Of a stretch of 64,000 nucleotides of DNA, positions 49,863 through 62,609 are shown piece after piece. The notes under the pieces were generated by a model. It was not told the DNA's origin, did no database searches, and saw nothing but the letters and a program-made list of their open reading frames with translations. The stretch covers positions 9,052,001 through 9,116,000 of the forward strand of contig CM068754.1 in NCBI GenBank assembly GCA_035084275.1. The letters run 5' to 3'. The first letter of the stretch is position 1; every line of letters starts with the position of its first letter. A program made the translations under genes and the position numbers. This DNA is from Hydrolagus colliei. Lineage: Eukaryota.

Positions 49863-52043
49863 TAACATAAATTAAGAAAATGTATTTTGTTGACTGACCA
49901 AAAAGATTGACCACCAACATGCTACTATTTGTTATCGAACACTGCATCAACTGCCTTCTGACCCATGTACGAGTGCTACCGATTATAGCAGTCTTCCCCC
50001 CTTCCATATAGAACTGCCTCTCTTATAACATTGGTATCCTGTAGACCTGCACTAGCTAGAAACAAGGTAGTCCTGGCTTCTGGGCACTGACTAAACTGTT
50101 AAAAACTTCCCACGCTAAAAACTGCTGTGTTCCAAGACATCACGTTGTCATTGATGTCATGTGCTGTGTCCTGTGTGCACGTGTCAGGGACAGGAACCAC
50201 TTCTCACATTACTTTGCAAAGGCATTTTGCTTACCACAAAGCCGTTAGACTCAGAGGACCACATATAATGAGGTTCCTGTATATTCAGCGCAATACAATA
50301 ATGTGAAGAACAAAGCCATATTTTTCATATTGCAAGGTCTAAACAATAAAATGTCAAGAAGCTATGTTATAATGGTCAGTGCAGCAATGCTCCCGAGGCC
50401 CATTAATGTGCCCTCCTCATCCATGCACATAAACAATTTTGTCTATCTTGCTGTATATTTCCTGAGTCCATTATCTTGCTCATTAATCAACATTCCATCA
50501 CATTTAGGCAGCAGCAGAGGCTCTAATTTCACTGTTTTCACCTTTCACATGAGCAGCTTCTGTAAAGTGTAGCCTCTATGCTGTGTCGTGCAGCTTTTAA
50601 TGATTTTCTCTGCAGGTTTTAGAAAAAGGTTAGCTTATTTCCCAGACAACCACATTTTCAATAATTATATGTGCTGATTTTTTAAAATTCAAAATTAGTT
50701 TTATTAATCCTTTGGCAGCTATCAAGTGGCATATTTTGTTTTGTTGGATATAAGTGTGTACATGAGCTTTGAGAAAGGGAAACTCACAGAATTAAAATAA
50801 AATAACACTTTATTCCTGAGTCTGTAAAAAGCAAAGAAATCTTAAGTCTGCATCTAAAAAGAAACTCAACCTTAGCCTTTGCACAGGCTCACCTAAGCAT
50901 CGTAGTGTAGTGACAGAGTCTAGAAAAATCCTGTTGGCTAGATTGCCCTATCATTGCAGCTAAATATAGTGTGGATAGAAGCAATCAGAGAAGAAATGAC
51001 AAACCTAAAGAAATAATAGTAAAATTACACTAGCCAGGAAAAGCCAAGTACTGTATGAGCATAAATCTCAGTGTGTGTCATTAGTACAGGAATGTTAACA
51101 CCCAGTGCTTATCAACTGGATTGCATTCCTAGGCATTAATTTTATAACTCCATCAACCAACGGAAGGACAGTGTAACAGGATTTTCTCTTTTGGCAACCA
51201 AAGTGCTTCTCTGTTTCTTGGGCTGGATTGCTAGAAAGTCCACCCTGGAAGTTCAGAGGCTTATAAACGGTTTTCTTTCGGCAGGACCACAGGCTGCTTT
51301 CCAACTGTTTCAGAAAATACCCAACAAAAACTACACAGCCAACTTCAACACTGCTTCCTTCTTCACTAATCCTCGCCTTGTGAACTCACCAAACTGAAAG
51401 AAAGGCTGCTTCTTTTTCAAAGGGCAAAACTCGCTCACATTCTAATTAGTGCTGCTAATCCTCTTTATTTTACTGAGTACACATTTCATTATCTTTGCTA
51501 AATAAATGTTGAGCTATGAGAAGTGGTCAATGAAACCAGCTGAAATCTTCTCTGCCCGTTTAACTAGCATCCTGAAAGAGGGTTTCTGGAAAACTTTGGT
51601 TTATCAGCATCCCACAATGCTTGACATTTCTGCATTTCTGACATTAATCGTGTTAAGCTGCTGTCCCATATTAGTAAGGATTTAACTTCTGTTTATTTTA
51701 CTCTAAATTAATATTGAAAGAAATGACATTCTTTCTAAACCTAGTGAGGGCCTTAAAATTATTGGCCCCAGTTGAGACAAAGATTGAAATGTTGCAATTT
51801 CTTTAGTGTACCATTGAAACATATTCTTGTGTGCACAGTTCTCCATTCATAATCTCCATTCAATATATTTATTAAGAATTCTGTTTTTGGCAATATGTCA
51901 AAGTGGAGGGGGACTGATTGGGAGGGAATTTTAGTGATGGAATTGAAGCAACTATGAAATGTTACCTTTTTCCAGTGTGTGTGTTTTTTTATTGTCCCTC
52001 CTTTGTATGGTTATTAGTGGTATTCTTTTCAGAAATGAACAAC

Positions 52044-52508
52044 ATAATAATAATCCTTGCATTTGATATAGCGCTTTTCACGTCTTCTAGACATCTCAAA
52101 GCGCTTCACAGAATATACTGTAAAGTGAATTGACTGTATATTTGTGGGCGAAACACAGCAGCAAATTGCGCACAGCAGCGTCCCAATAATAATATTATAA
52201 TCGGAATAATAATGATAGTAATCCTTGTATTTGATACTGCAGCTTTTGTGTCAACAGGATATCTCAAATTGCTTCACAGGAATTATTGTCAAGGGCAGTG
52301 ACTGTTTTGCAAGCTAATGCACCAGGCAATCTACACACAACAATGTCTCACAACAGCTATTAAGTGAACATGCACAACATGCTGACTCGGAAGCGAGCAT
52401 TCAACTTCAAAATAGTCACTACATTTTACACTATGAACAGTGAAGCACTTTGAGACATCCTCCCGATATGAAAGGCGAAGGATCAAAACCAAGGAATATA
52501 GTATTACT
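52044..52508. mobile_element. Cluster of three SINE pieces: 52044-52184 (-), 52205-52370 (-), 52408-52508 (+)
   Basis: Each carries the family tail (ccttgcatttgatatagcg / gtgaagcactttgagacatcctcc). Confidence 0.85.
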
Positions 52509-55500
52509 AACAATGACTGCGCTTGTGTGATATACTGGAGAGAGTCTCTGGAAGCAAACCAGCAACAGTCAGCAACTTCAAGAGAGCTAGGGGATAAATA
52601 TGGATGAGCCGTCGGTGGAGAAAAGTGGAGGTGAGTTATAACCACAGTCATCTAATTCCATGCATGGAAAATGAGAAAATCTATGGTACACAGCAATTTG
52701 TACTATGTTTTCCTTGTGAATTTATACTGAAAGTTCTGTGTGCAAATTATAATGGTATAAAAATGCAAGTTCTTCTCTCTATCTCAAATGCTGTCATTTA
52801 CTACACTGGTACGCAATTTGAAATGCTCTGCATTAAAGGACTGCGGTCCTGAAAGAACACAGCCGAAATACCTTTAATAGTGATCACTGCTCCTCATGCT
52901 ATAAACTCTGCCAGGACAATCTGTCTTGATCAATGCGGTGACATCTCACGGTAGTACTACTAATGAACGAGGTAATGAAATGTTCAATTAATAAGTGCAC
53001 ACCTATTTTATACATGTGCATTTGAAATTATCTTCAGTCACACAAGCAGTAAATCACGCTCTTAGATTAATCTACGTTTTGATTTGGGGAATAACTTAAA
53101 GACGATTTTTACACAGGCAAAAAAAATGTTCAGATGACTAACGTATTCAACGCTGTTTAATTAATTTTTAACCTAAGATCATTAGGTTAACCGGCAGTTA
53201 GTTGTATAAGCAAAAGCACCTTAAGATTTAGTTGCTGTAACAACAGGTGTTCCTACAGATTGCCAAAGCTTCATATTTTTCTAATTACTACTGTTCCCAT
53301 ATTTTATTCATTTAACATAATTACACACAAAGCTCGGGAATGATTTTTCATTGTTTAATCTCCTTTGAACACAGAGACAGAGGGAAAAAATAGACGGCAC
53401 CTTGGTGCGGTTCGTTTATTTCTGTAGTGTGCTACACAAATCTGCAGACAAAAAGTTGCCAGCTGGGATTCTTTTTCCTTGAAGCAATTGGTGGTTCAGA
53501 AGGGTTCTATATGATCATTAAATAATTCCTGAAAGCAACCACAGATGGGTTTCCAGCATCATATTGTTTTTTTTCTAACTTCTTATAACCAATTATATGG
53601 TAAGCGTTTAAACTTCTCAGTGCTCTCATGTACAGCTTTTCTCACTGAACACTCAATTGCTTTGTTTTATTTACTTGGGATTAACCCAGAGCTTCATTGC
53701 ACTAAGTGTTCTGGGAATCAGGGAAGGCCCATTGAACGTGCTCACTAACCAGCCCAATTAGAGGCATTACTGCAAGACCTTTAACGAATTGGAGAGTAAC
53801 AAGTCTAAACTCTTCTTGGATCTTCTGATTCTTTGGACCAATTCCTGATCTGTAAGAACTGATTCTTCTGCAAGCAAACAAATGCCATTCACAAACATTT
53901 CCAAGAGTAACTAAGGTCCAAGGATGCACTCCCAGCTCTGATCACAGATTCACATTTCAGCCTGACATGGCCATCTCATCCTAGACCTCTTGGTAATTTA
54001 CTTCTGTTCTCAGTTGAACCGGTAGGTGTCTCATCAGCATATTCTCTTTACTTGGAGGAAAGGCAAACTAGTATGAACAGATCTTACCAGAAATGCACCT
54101 CCTGACAAAAGTTACCAGATGGCCATTGACACTCAACCTGAGGATTGGCACAATCCAGACTGCCTTACATTCTTGTTTGAAGCAATGAAGAATGGTACGA
54201 ATTTTAAATGGGAATGGCAAGGAATGAATTGCTTCTGTAGCTTCTGATGCACAATAACTTGCAATCAATTTTATATATAACATCTTTCATGGAGGATAAA
54301 TGACTCAACACACTTGACAATGTGGATTACAGAGCAGGGAGGAAAACAAGATGAAATTTGAGGTGTTGACTAGAATAAAGTTTAACGCTTACCAAAAGAC
54401 AACATGTTGTAACTTGTTGGTTTATTATACTTTAGAAGAATGAAATATTTTAATAAGAGTTCCTTTCAAGGGCTATATAGAAGAAACGTTTAGTAACCCA
54501 GAAATAGGTGTTGGGCTAATATAAAATTTTTCTAAAGTCTTCAATTCATTTTCAGTTTCTTTTTTGTCGTGCTTTGTAGTCAGTAATGAAAAACATTTCT
54601 CTGTGGATCATAGCAAACCACATTTCCCTTATTTATGCAGTGGATCTCTTGATATATACAGGGAAATCTCTTGTGCATATTCATCTCTCTATAAAGCTCT
54701 GGCATCAAGTCTTGTTGGAAAGGAGTCTAAAATGGACATTGCTGTCAAGAAGCATATCATCTATCCTGGGTAGCCCCATAGAGTACTGACGGCAAAGTAT
54801 TTCCCCCTGGTGAGATACATGCAGCACACTTCAAGATGTTCTATCAGTAATGACCATCAAAAACATTGGAATGAAACAAACACCAGGAAAAATGTAAAAA
54901 CACTTCAAATTAATATGCGTTTGTCCAGCTTGTTAAAGGTTTTGCCTGTCTTCTGTTCCGTAGGAAGCTTAGACATCTAATACCAAGATGATTTGATCTA
55001 TTCTCCTCAGATGTTCTTCTACCACTGCAAAGAGCAGAGTCTTGGGGTTCTCCTGCCATTAGAGGTCAGTAATGACTCCTTGCTGAGCCAGAGATTAGAT
55101 CATTCAAGAACAGCGCCATTCCCAGTAGGAGGAACACAAAGCAATGGGTTGCCATTAAACTCACCTACTTGGACCGTTCTTTGTACCAGGGGAAGACAAT
55201 CCAAATGGAATGAGTTCAGAATTGCTACAGGGGAGTGTGAGCAGAACCATCAATGAGCTTTAAATGCAATTCCCTATGAACTGCTGAAAAAAAGTACCAA
55301 ACAAAGTCCATATTGGATTCATGCTGCATCTTCTTTCATTTTTAATTCAATCTGAATAAATCGCAGCACAGTACTGCTGTGTTCTGAGACATTTTATAAA
55401 TGGAGATCCACGGACAAGAGCATGTTATTTGTCAGTGCGCCCAAATATTCACTCAATGTCTCTTTTATGCAACTGCTAAGGTTATATGTCAAAATCTGCA

Positions 55501-58024
55501 CCTGATGTAACAACAGTCGGGAGCAAATTTTTAAATTTATTAGAAACCCTTTCCATTCTGTGCCCCTCTCAAAACATTTTTTATTTTGTAACCTTTCAAA
55601 TCTATCTGTCTCTTCTAACTTGGCTCACTTCATTTCTCCTGTGCAAGCTGCTTAGGCCCTTTGACACCATCTGACATTTTGTTGGCATTGCAGGTGTATC
55701 ACTGTCAAGATGTTTGAGGATGTTGGACTTCTAATAGCAATGTGCTGGATAAAGGCAAACATCACTTTGTAGTAAAAAAAAGTTTAAAAAGTTGTGACAA
55801 GGCTCGGGCTAAATGTCCACCTCCACATTGCTCATTATGCATTAGAACAGGTTTAGAGCTAATAGGATCTTAACCTGCAAACAACCAAACTAAAATAAGA
55901 AACCGAGTAAGAAACTGACTGAATGGAAGATAAAGCCTGTGTTTGGTAACCAGAAATATTCTGCTTACTGCAGGAGCTATTGGCTCAGTCAATACCTCCC
56001 AGTGAATAAGACTTTTGATCAGTTTTTCTGTTTACGTTCTTTCACAATCTCCAAGCGCCATTTGCATGCTATTTAAATGAGTTTTGATGGATTAAGATAC
56101 AAGAAGCCTGTTCTGAAAGCTCTCCAACAAACACCCCAGAAGTCCGTAAAACTCTCTTTTATAAAGTAGCCAAGGAGTACTGTGAGGTTTTGCTACCATA
56201 GTGACAGCTCATAAATCATCACTTACCGTCTGCCACTATAACTGTGGCAGGTTCACGCTGTCATAAAGCACTTTCTGTTAATCTTAAGGTGTTTCCATAC
56301 ATCATTTGTTTTTCAACAGGAATGCCATGACGACCGTGGAACACTTAAGCTTGTTATCAGGTTATTGGCTGTTCATTGCCCCCTCCCCCTCAAACGTGGT
56401 ATTTCAAGTATCCTTTCCTCTTTGCATTGAGCTTTGTTTCTCAGTTTGGTTCATAAGTATATTTTGTAACGTTCACAAAGCATAGTAAACCCAGCAAAAC
56501 AGGAAATATAAAGACATGCAAGTTGCTATGGTGACCCAAACTGATCAATTTTCTATCACTATTTGAAAAGAAGTATTCTGCGAAGGCTTAGAAAGTACGA
56601 ATTACCAATGCAAAATGCTGGCTAACATGTTCGACTCATAATACAAAGTTGTGCATGGCTAATTCATGAACTGAAACTGTTAAGAGCATTGGTACAGAAT
56701 GAGTAATGCCTTTGACATCTGTGAAGTCCTTAGGCGTTGTTTTCTTTTTTTCTTTTATGCTTTTCAGGCGTCTTGCTGCTCTGCATATTACAACAAAATG
56801 CTTTGCATTGTAAATAGCCATAACCCAAACCAAACTTCCCATACAGTGGCAAATACTGCATTCTGGGGATCTTAAGAGTGTGAAATGTGTTTATTTTTAT
56901 ATGACACACCGCAAGCTTTAAGAGTCCCGTTTATTTTGTTCCCTTTGCGCTCTCCCACACTGGCTCTTTTTCAGGAATTCATATTCAGTTCTGTTCCCAA
57001 GTGGTACTTTTACCAGTTATCTATAAACCCTTTCATTGTGTTCTAGTGCAATGAGTACACCAGCAAATGAAAAGACAGGTTTGAAAACAGTTCAGAAAAT
57101 AAACAGAACAGTAACTTACAATATATCAGTTTTCACATTGATGGGACTATTTCCTGATTGATTTTGAAATAGAGTATAAAGTTATCCTGCGATTAAAATT
57201 TGCTGCTAAACGCCATATACGCAAGAGATAAGACAAAAAAAATTCAAAGTGGGCTGTGCAAGTTCTACAGTTCTGATGAGTGTTGCTTTGCCTCACTTGT
57301 CCCTTTGTTGATAGTAGACCCTAGACAATCCCAAACATTTATCAATGGGCAGTCATTTTTTCCCCACGTTTTCCACTGCAGAACCCACATCTGCCTTGAA
57401 ACACTGCAAATCTTACGAATAAGCCAAGGCCATTTGGTCATCAGTATTGACACGGTATAATTCTGTATAGGGAATGATGTACAGTTCTTGAAAAGATGCA
57501 ACCTCTTGTTAGCTTATCAATTGAAATGAACCCTCAGTATTTATTTTTAAAGTTTCATATTCAGAGGCTAAAAAATTTGTTTTCTTTCCGCTGGTGTTTT
57601 CCTCACCGGCCTTTCTTGGGAACTAGGTGACAAAGGATTGCAAATTGCCAGGCGCAAATTCCGCAATAAGTTATTCGCACATTGGAAATCCGAAATGACG
57701 TAATTAATCCTCTTTACAAAGAATGAATTTTAAGTCCAGCTGTTAGCAAAATGAACTTCCACCCTGATTTTATTCCAGCACATGATACTGAAAGTTTCAC
57801 AACTTTTTGGGCAACTCACAGTCCTAAGAGTGAATGCAGGAAGCCTTACAGTGTAGTACCATGATAACAGCAAACTAATCACGAGTAAATTCTGCTTTTG
57901 TTTCCACAAATTGTCAATGTGTTTCTCAACCAGACTGGAAACGTTTGCACCTGCCTTATCCAATTCAATTGTTACAAGTTTTATAATAAAAATCCTGACA
58001 ATATACTGTAAAAGTATTTCTGAG

Positions 58025-58070
58025 TATGTATCTATATATATATATATACATATATATATACATAAATATA
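58025..58070. repeat. (TA)n microsatellite
   Basis: tatctatatatatatatatacatatatatatacata. Confidence 0.85.
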
Positions 58071-58751
58071 GTGAAGGAAACAAATTAACACTCTCCTTTT
58101 CTAAGTTTGTTGTTACCAAATGAACCCCGTGAAAGATTAAAGTTCTTGTTTTATGTTAAACTGGTTCTGCTGCAACTGCTACTATTTGCAGCAGGAAAAA
58201 GACATAAAAGCAGAATTGTACAATAATCTACAAATGTAATTACCTCTAATTAGTAGTCAGGAACAGATTGAATTGCTTACGATTACTGAATGCATTTTGT
58301 TTTATTGTTTTCTAACCCACATTTCAGTAAATTCACACAACTGTTTGTAATCTGGAGAGGAAACATAGTTCTGTTGCAGGATGAAGTTAAGTATCCCAGT
58401 TTCCTATTTCCCCACAATAATACTTCTGATAATGTGGCACCAGAAGATTTTTTTCTTTTCAAAGATCAACCTCTCAAAAGATGATTTCAACAACATCAGT
58501 TAACTGACCCCCAACCAGCAATTTTCAGTGTTATTGTCAGGCTGTAAGCTCCTGGAGTGACTTGTTTTAAAAAGCTTTGGTGACAGGCGGCAGCTCTGCA
58601 TGTTTGTTTCATTAATGGGAATAGAGTACAATGATACCTTTGTTGTATTTTAAAAATGATGAGATACCAAAGGGGTACTCTTTGCTTGATTACCTTGGCA
58701 ATTTGTGCATATCATGTCCCTTTAAAACATGCAAAAATAGTACCAGTGTCT

Positions 58752-58816
58752 AACAGCAACAATAAAATGACATTTGTATAGTGCCTTTCATGTCAGGAGG
58801 ACGTCCCAAGGTGCTG
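58752..58816 (-). mobile_element. Minimal L2-type stem-loop insertion
   Basis: aacagcaacaataaaatgacatttgtatagtgcctttcatgtcaggaggacgtcccaaggtgctg. Confidence 0.8.
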
Positions 58817-58840
58817 ACTATGATAATATAGTCTAAGACT

Positions 58841-59112
58841 ATAATAATAATCCTTGCATTTGATATGGTGCTTTTCATGTCTTTTGGACGTCTCAAAGCG
58901 CTTCACAGTATATACTGTAAAGTGAATTGACTGTACTGTATATATGTGCGCGAAACGCAGCAGCCAATTGCATACAGCAGCATCCCACAAAACAGTCGTG
59001 GATTGAGTGACCAAATTATTATTGTTTTCTGTGAAGGATTATTATCAGGCTAGTGGAATAAGGAAACTTGTCCAAGGTTTCGCCCTGGCTGGGATTCGAA
59101 CCCAGATCTCTT
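58841..59112 (-). mobile_element. Near full-length SINE ((ATT)n family), A-box lost
   Basis: B-box gggttcgaatccc on the minus strand; full body and tail. Confidence 0.9.
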
Positions 59113-59289
59113 GTGATTAATTTCAGGAATACAACAGTGTTACAGGATAGGAAGGGAAGGCAGAAGACGTATGTCAGGCTGAGAGGGTACGGATTTTAAA
59201 TATTTACAAGAAATCAGACTTCTTTGACGTAAAGCCATTTCACTAGATATAGGGTTGTACTGTGGAAATTGTTACACATACCGTTGTAC

Positions 59290-59407
59290 ATTCACCCACA
59301 AAATAGACAGACAGTCACTCCACTTTACACTATATCCAGTGAAACACACTGAGGAATACTCCTAAATTGAAAGGCGTTATCCTATATGTAAGGATTATTA
59401 TTATTAT
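59290..59407 (+). mobile_element. SINE 3' fragment, degraded
   Basis: ttcacccacaaaata...cagtcactccactttacactatatcc...gaaaggcgttat...aaggattattattatta. Confidence 0.65.
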
Positions 59408-60494
59408 CATCATCAATAAAAAAGATTGAGTCAAGAAAAGCGAGTTACACTATGTTTCAGCTAACAGCTCTTTCATTGAGATACTAATTCATTGAGATGG
59501 TAACCTATCACAGCCAGCCTTGCCCTTTGAGCAAGAGACAAATGGTAGAAATATGTAACTGGATTAATAGAAAGGGACTTGGCCCTGAATGGTGATGTTA
59601 GAAAGATGCCAAGCATTATAATCTTTGCGTCATCAATCTATGTGAAAGAATGCTGGGTAAACGTTAAGATAGGCTTCTACAAAACAAAGACAAAAACAAA
59701 TAAAGTTAAATAAATGATCGGAACATGAGACAAGTTCAGTATGGAGCAATCTAGAAGTGCCTGCACTGTTATGATATCCAATCATGATCAATAACGTTAG
59801 TCATCCAGCAATGTTAGTAATGGTCCCTTCCCCGTTTGCCCTCTCACCTATAATCTACAGGCTTTTAAAACCTAAGCTGTTATCATCTAACCATTACTAT
59901 TTGGTTCAGCTGGTCATCCCTCAAACTCTCTCAAGCTCGGTGGTGTTTAGCACTAAGGCACACAGCCTTTCACCAAAGTTTGTTAACAACCAAATAAATC
60001 ACTGCATGTGTTGCGAATTTACATTTGCCTTTCAATCCAGTTCCTTAAGCATATTTGAATAATTTGGTACTGTTTTGAGAATTTTAAAAAATGAGTAAGC
60101 ACCTCTTTATTCTTCTAAGCCTTTACCTCCTTGTTAGCTCCTTGCCTTTGGGATCGCATGTCGATGCTAATCCAAAGCGAGCTGAGATAAGGTGTCTTGT
60201 TGAAGGTACACAGAAAGTGTCACTGCTGCCTCGGAGGTTAGCTTCCCTGAGGGGATAGCACCTAATAGCCTTGTGAGGAATCTGGAAGCTTCATCAGATC
60301 TCTGACTGGCAGATCTGAGAATTTGCGATTTTTTTTCCTAACACCACAATGCAATCCCCAAACCACACATTTGTGAGAGTATCTGAACCATCATGTAATT
60401 TTTAATTAAGCTGCCTTTGCATAAAGTTTAAAATCTGTCCATCTTCCAGCAAAGATCATGTTCCGGGCATTGGATTTTTCTGTATCTCTCACTT

Positions 60495-60632
60495 GTGTTT
60501 TCCCCACAATATATAGAGTCAATTCACTTTATAATATATTATGTCTTTGAAACATCTCAAAGCGCTTCACAGAATACACTGTAAAGTGAATTGACTATAT
60601 ATTTTTATATCAAATGCAAGGAATATTATTAT
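60495..60632. mobile_element. Rearranged SINE with internal inverted duplication
   Basis: + body (cccacaatatatagagtcaattcacttta), then a - segment (atctcaaagcgcttcacagaatacactgtaaagtgaattgact), then a + tail (tatcaaatgcaagg). Confidence 0.8.
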
Positions 60633-61123
60633 ATCAACTGGAATTATAGAGGACAAATCTGGATACTGTTTTTTTTTATCTTGGTCTATCGTAAAATTCC
60701 TCAGAAATACTGGCAAAGAGTTTGGAGAAGTTAACTATACTGGAAGTTGAACCTATATTTTACAAGGGCAGGCCAAGCACTGCCAGTCCACAAATACTTT
60801 GGATCAGTTCAAAATGAAATATAGTATTGTATAGTTTGTACTATATTTTAAGTTAATGAAACAAGAAATGCTTGTACGTCTATGATCACATCAGGCAAAC
60901 AAAAAGTTAGGCATTGAATTTATGAACCACAAACATTGTATTCTCTGCTGGCCCATAAATCTAAAACACTCATCAACAAGGATCATGCATTATCAGCAGC
61001 AGGGAGTACAGTGTTCCCACCATCCAATTAATTTACCAACGACAAGAGAATCCCCCCCCATCTCCCCCTACCCACCTCCCTTCATAGAAGCTAATATCTT
61101 TAATGATTATCTTTGTGTAATGT

Positions 61124-61182
61124 AGCTCTGGGATGCTGCCCCGTGTGAAGAGTGCTATATAAATGCAAGTCGTTGTTGTTGT
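61124..61182 (+). mobile_element. L2-type 3' tail
   Basis: agctctgggatgc...gtgaagagtgctatataaatgcaagtcgttgttgttg. Confidence 0.7.
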
Positions 61183-62099
61183 GTAGATTTTTAAAATATA
61201 AAAACATCCTTACAGTGTGGTGGCTAATTTCTCAGCTCACTCAATGAGATCTATTTGTTAGAAACTGTTATTTTAGTCCAGTCTTACTTGCATCAGCTGC
61301 TCCTATTAGTGTTCTTATTTAAAGGAGGAATAGAGATAGTTCTATTGCATTCAATTGTGGTCACCACAAACCAACCTTAATAAGCTAGTGTTGCAACGGA
61401 GCATGGCCTGTTGTTCCCCAGTTAATATTACTGCTGGCTTAAATTCAAAGTGTATCACTTGACAGCCTCTGCTCCAGGCTGTACCCCTGTCAAATCTTCC
61501 ACAAAAGAGCCTGCTCTGGGACTCTTCACAGTACTACCGTTAATCAACAAAAATTATGCAGCAAAGAAAGTAGAAACTCACGGTGTGACCCTGGAGACAC
61601 TGAAAGAGGGAGCGACCGGCGCACTTCCAAATGCTGCTTTAACTTCTAAATGAAGCCCGTGCACTCGTGGGACTCAGAATTTGGTCTGACAGTCTGTTAC
61701 CACAGGTGCACCATTTTTTTTCACAAGTGGTAGCTCTGTGACTACATGACTTCCAGCTGTTGTGATGTGCTATCAGCCAGTGTTAATCTGCAATAGTTCC
61801 TCTGCGGCACGTAAACGTAGGACGTGCCTAACGTGTTTAACGTTAACTAATTCCATGAAAATAACTCTCTTATCTTGGACTTGAGGGTTTGGTGACAAAA
61901 CATTTCCCAGTGTTCCAATTTGATATGCCTTCAATCCCAAGGCACATTGATGCACAATTCAACATCCACAATTATTGTCCAGTATGGAAAATAATACTGA
62001 TCAGCTGGTTATTTCCATTGTTGCCTGTTCATATTGAGCAAATAGATTTTGTATCCAAATCCACTCACTCTTTTCCCCTCCGATCTCCTTACCTCTCCC

Positions 62100-62311
62100 G
62101 CCTGAGCCCTGAAAATCTGGAACGTCATCCTTCAATCCCTCTGCCTTGCCCCCCCCCCTCTCCCCCTGTTGAAGTCCCACCTGAGAACCTTCCTCATCAT
62201 GCTTACAGCCATCTCACCCAACCCACCCCCCCCCCCCCCACCCCCCACCACTGTTAAGCGCTCTAAGGTGCTACCCAGCGTGGAGAGCGCTATATAAGTG
62301 CAAGTTGTTGT
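62100..62311 (+). mobile_element. L2 LINE 3' end, degraded
   Basis: gccctgaaaatctggaac...ctctgccttg...aagtcccacctgagaaccttcctc...aagcgctct...agcgctatataagtgcaagttgttg. Confidence 0.7.
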
Positions 62312-62405
62312 ATGTCTTCAATACCAATACATTATTGTTGAAATTATGTCTGATAATTATTTCAAGGCCAATATGCTCTCTGAGTATAACAAAATACCAA
62401 GAAAT

Positions 62406-62609
62406 TTGAAACAAAAACTCAAAATACTGCAGATGCTGGAAATTTGAAACAAAAACAGAAATCGCTGGGAACACTCAGCAGAACATGGAGAAAGGAAATG
62501 TGAATCAGTTCTCACGAAGAGTCGTGGACCTGAAACGTTGACTCGCTTTTCCTTTCTCCATAGATGCTGCCTGACCTGCTGAGTGTTCCCAGCGACCTCT
62601 GTTTTTGAA
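62406..62609. mobile_element. Penelope-like element remnant: two pLTR pieces in inverted orientation
   Basis: cgctgggaacactcagcag (62463-62481) is the exact reverse complement of 62576-62594; same family as 49580-49717; possible TSD caagaaat at 62398-62405 and 62610-62617. Confidence 0.8.

Noticed and set aside
3851-59014. Recurrent short ORFs containing VKRFETS / HFTVYS / CKDYYY
   Set aside because: These are translations of the same SINE tail, not a protein family.
59430-59480. Possible further Penelope/hammerhead relics (also ~10470-10540 and ~17740-17810)
   Set aside because: Too degenerate to support by eye; the catalytic boxes are not intact.
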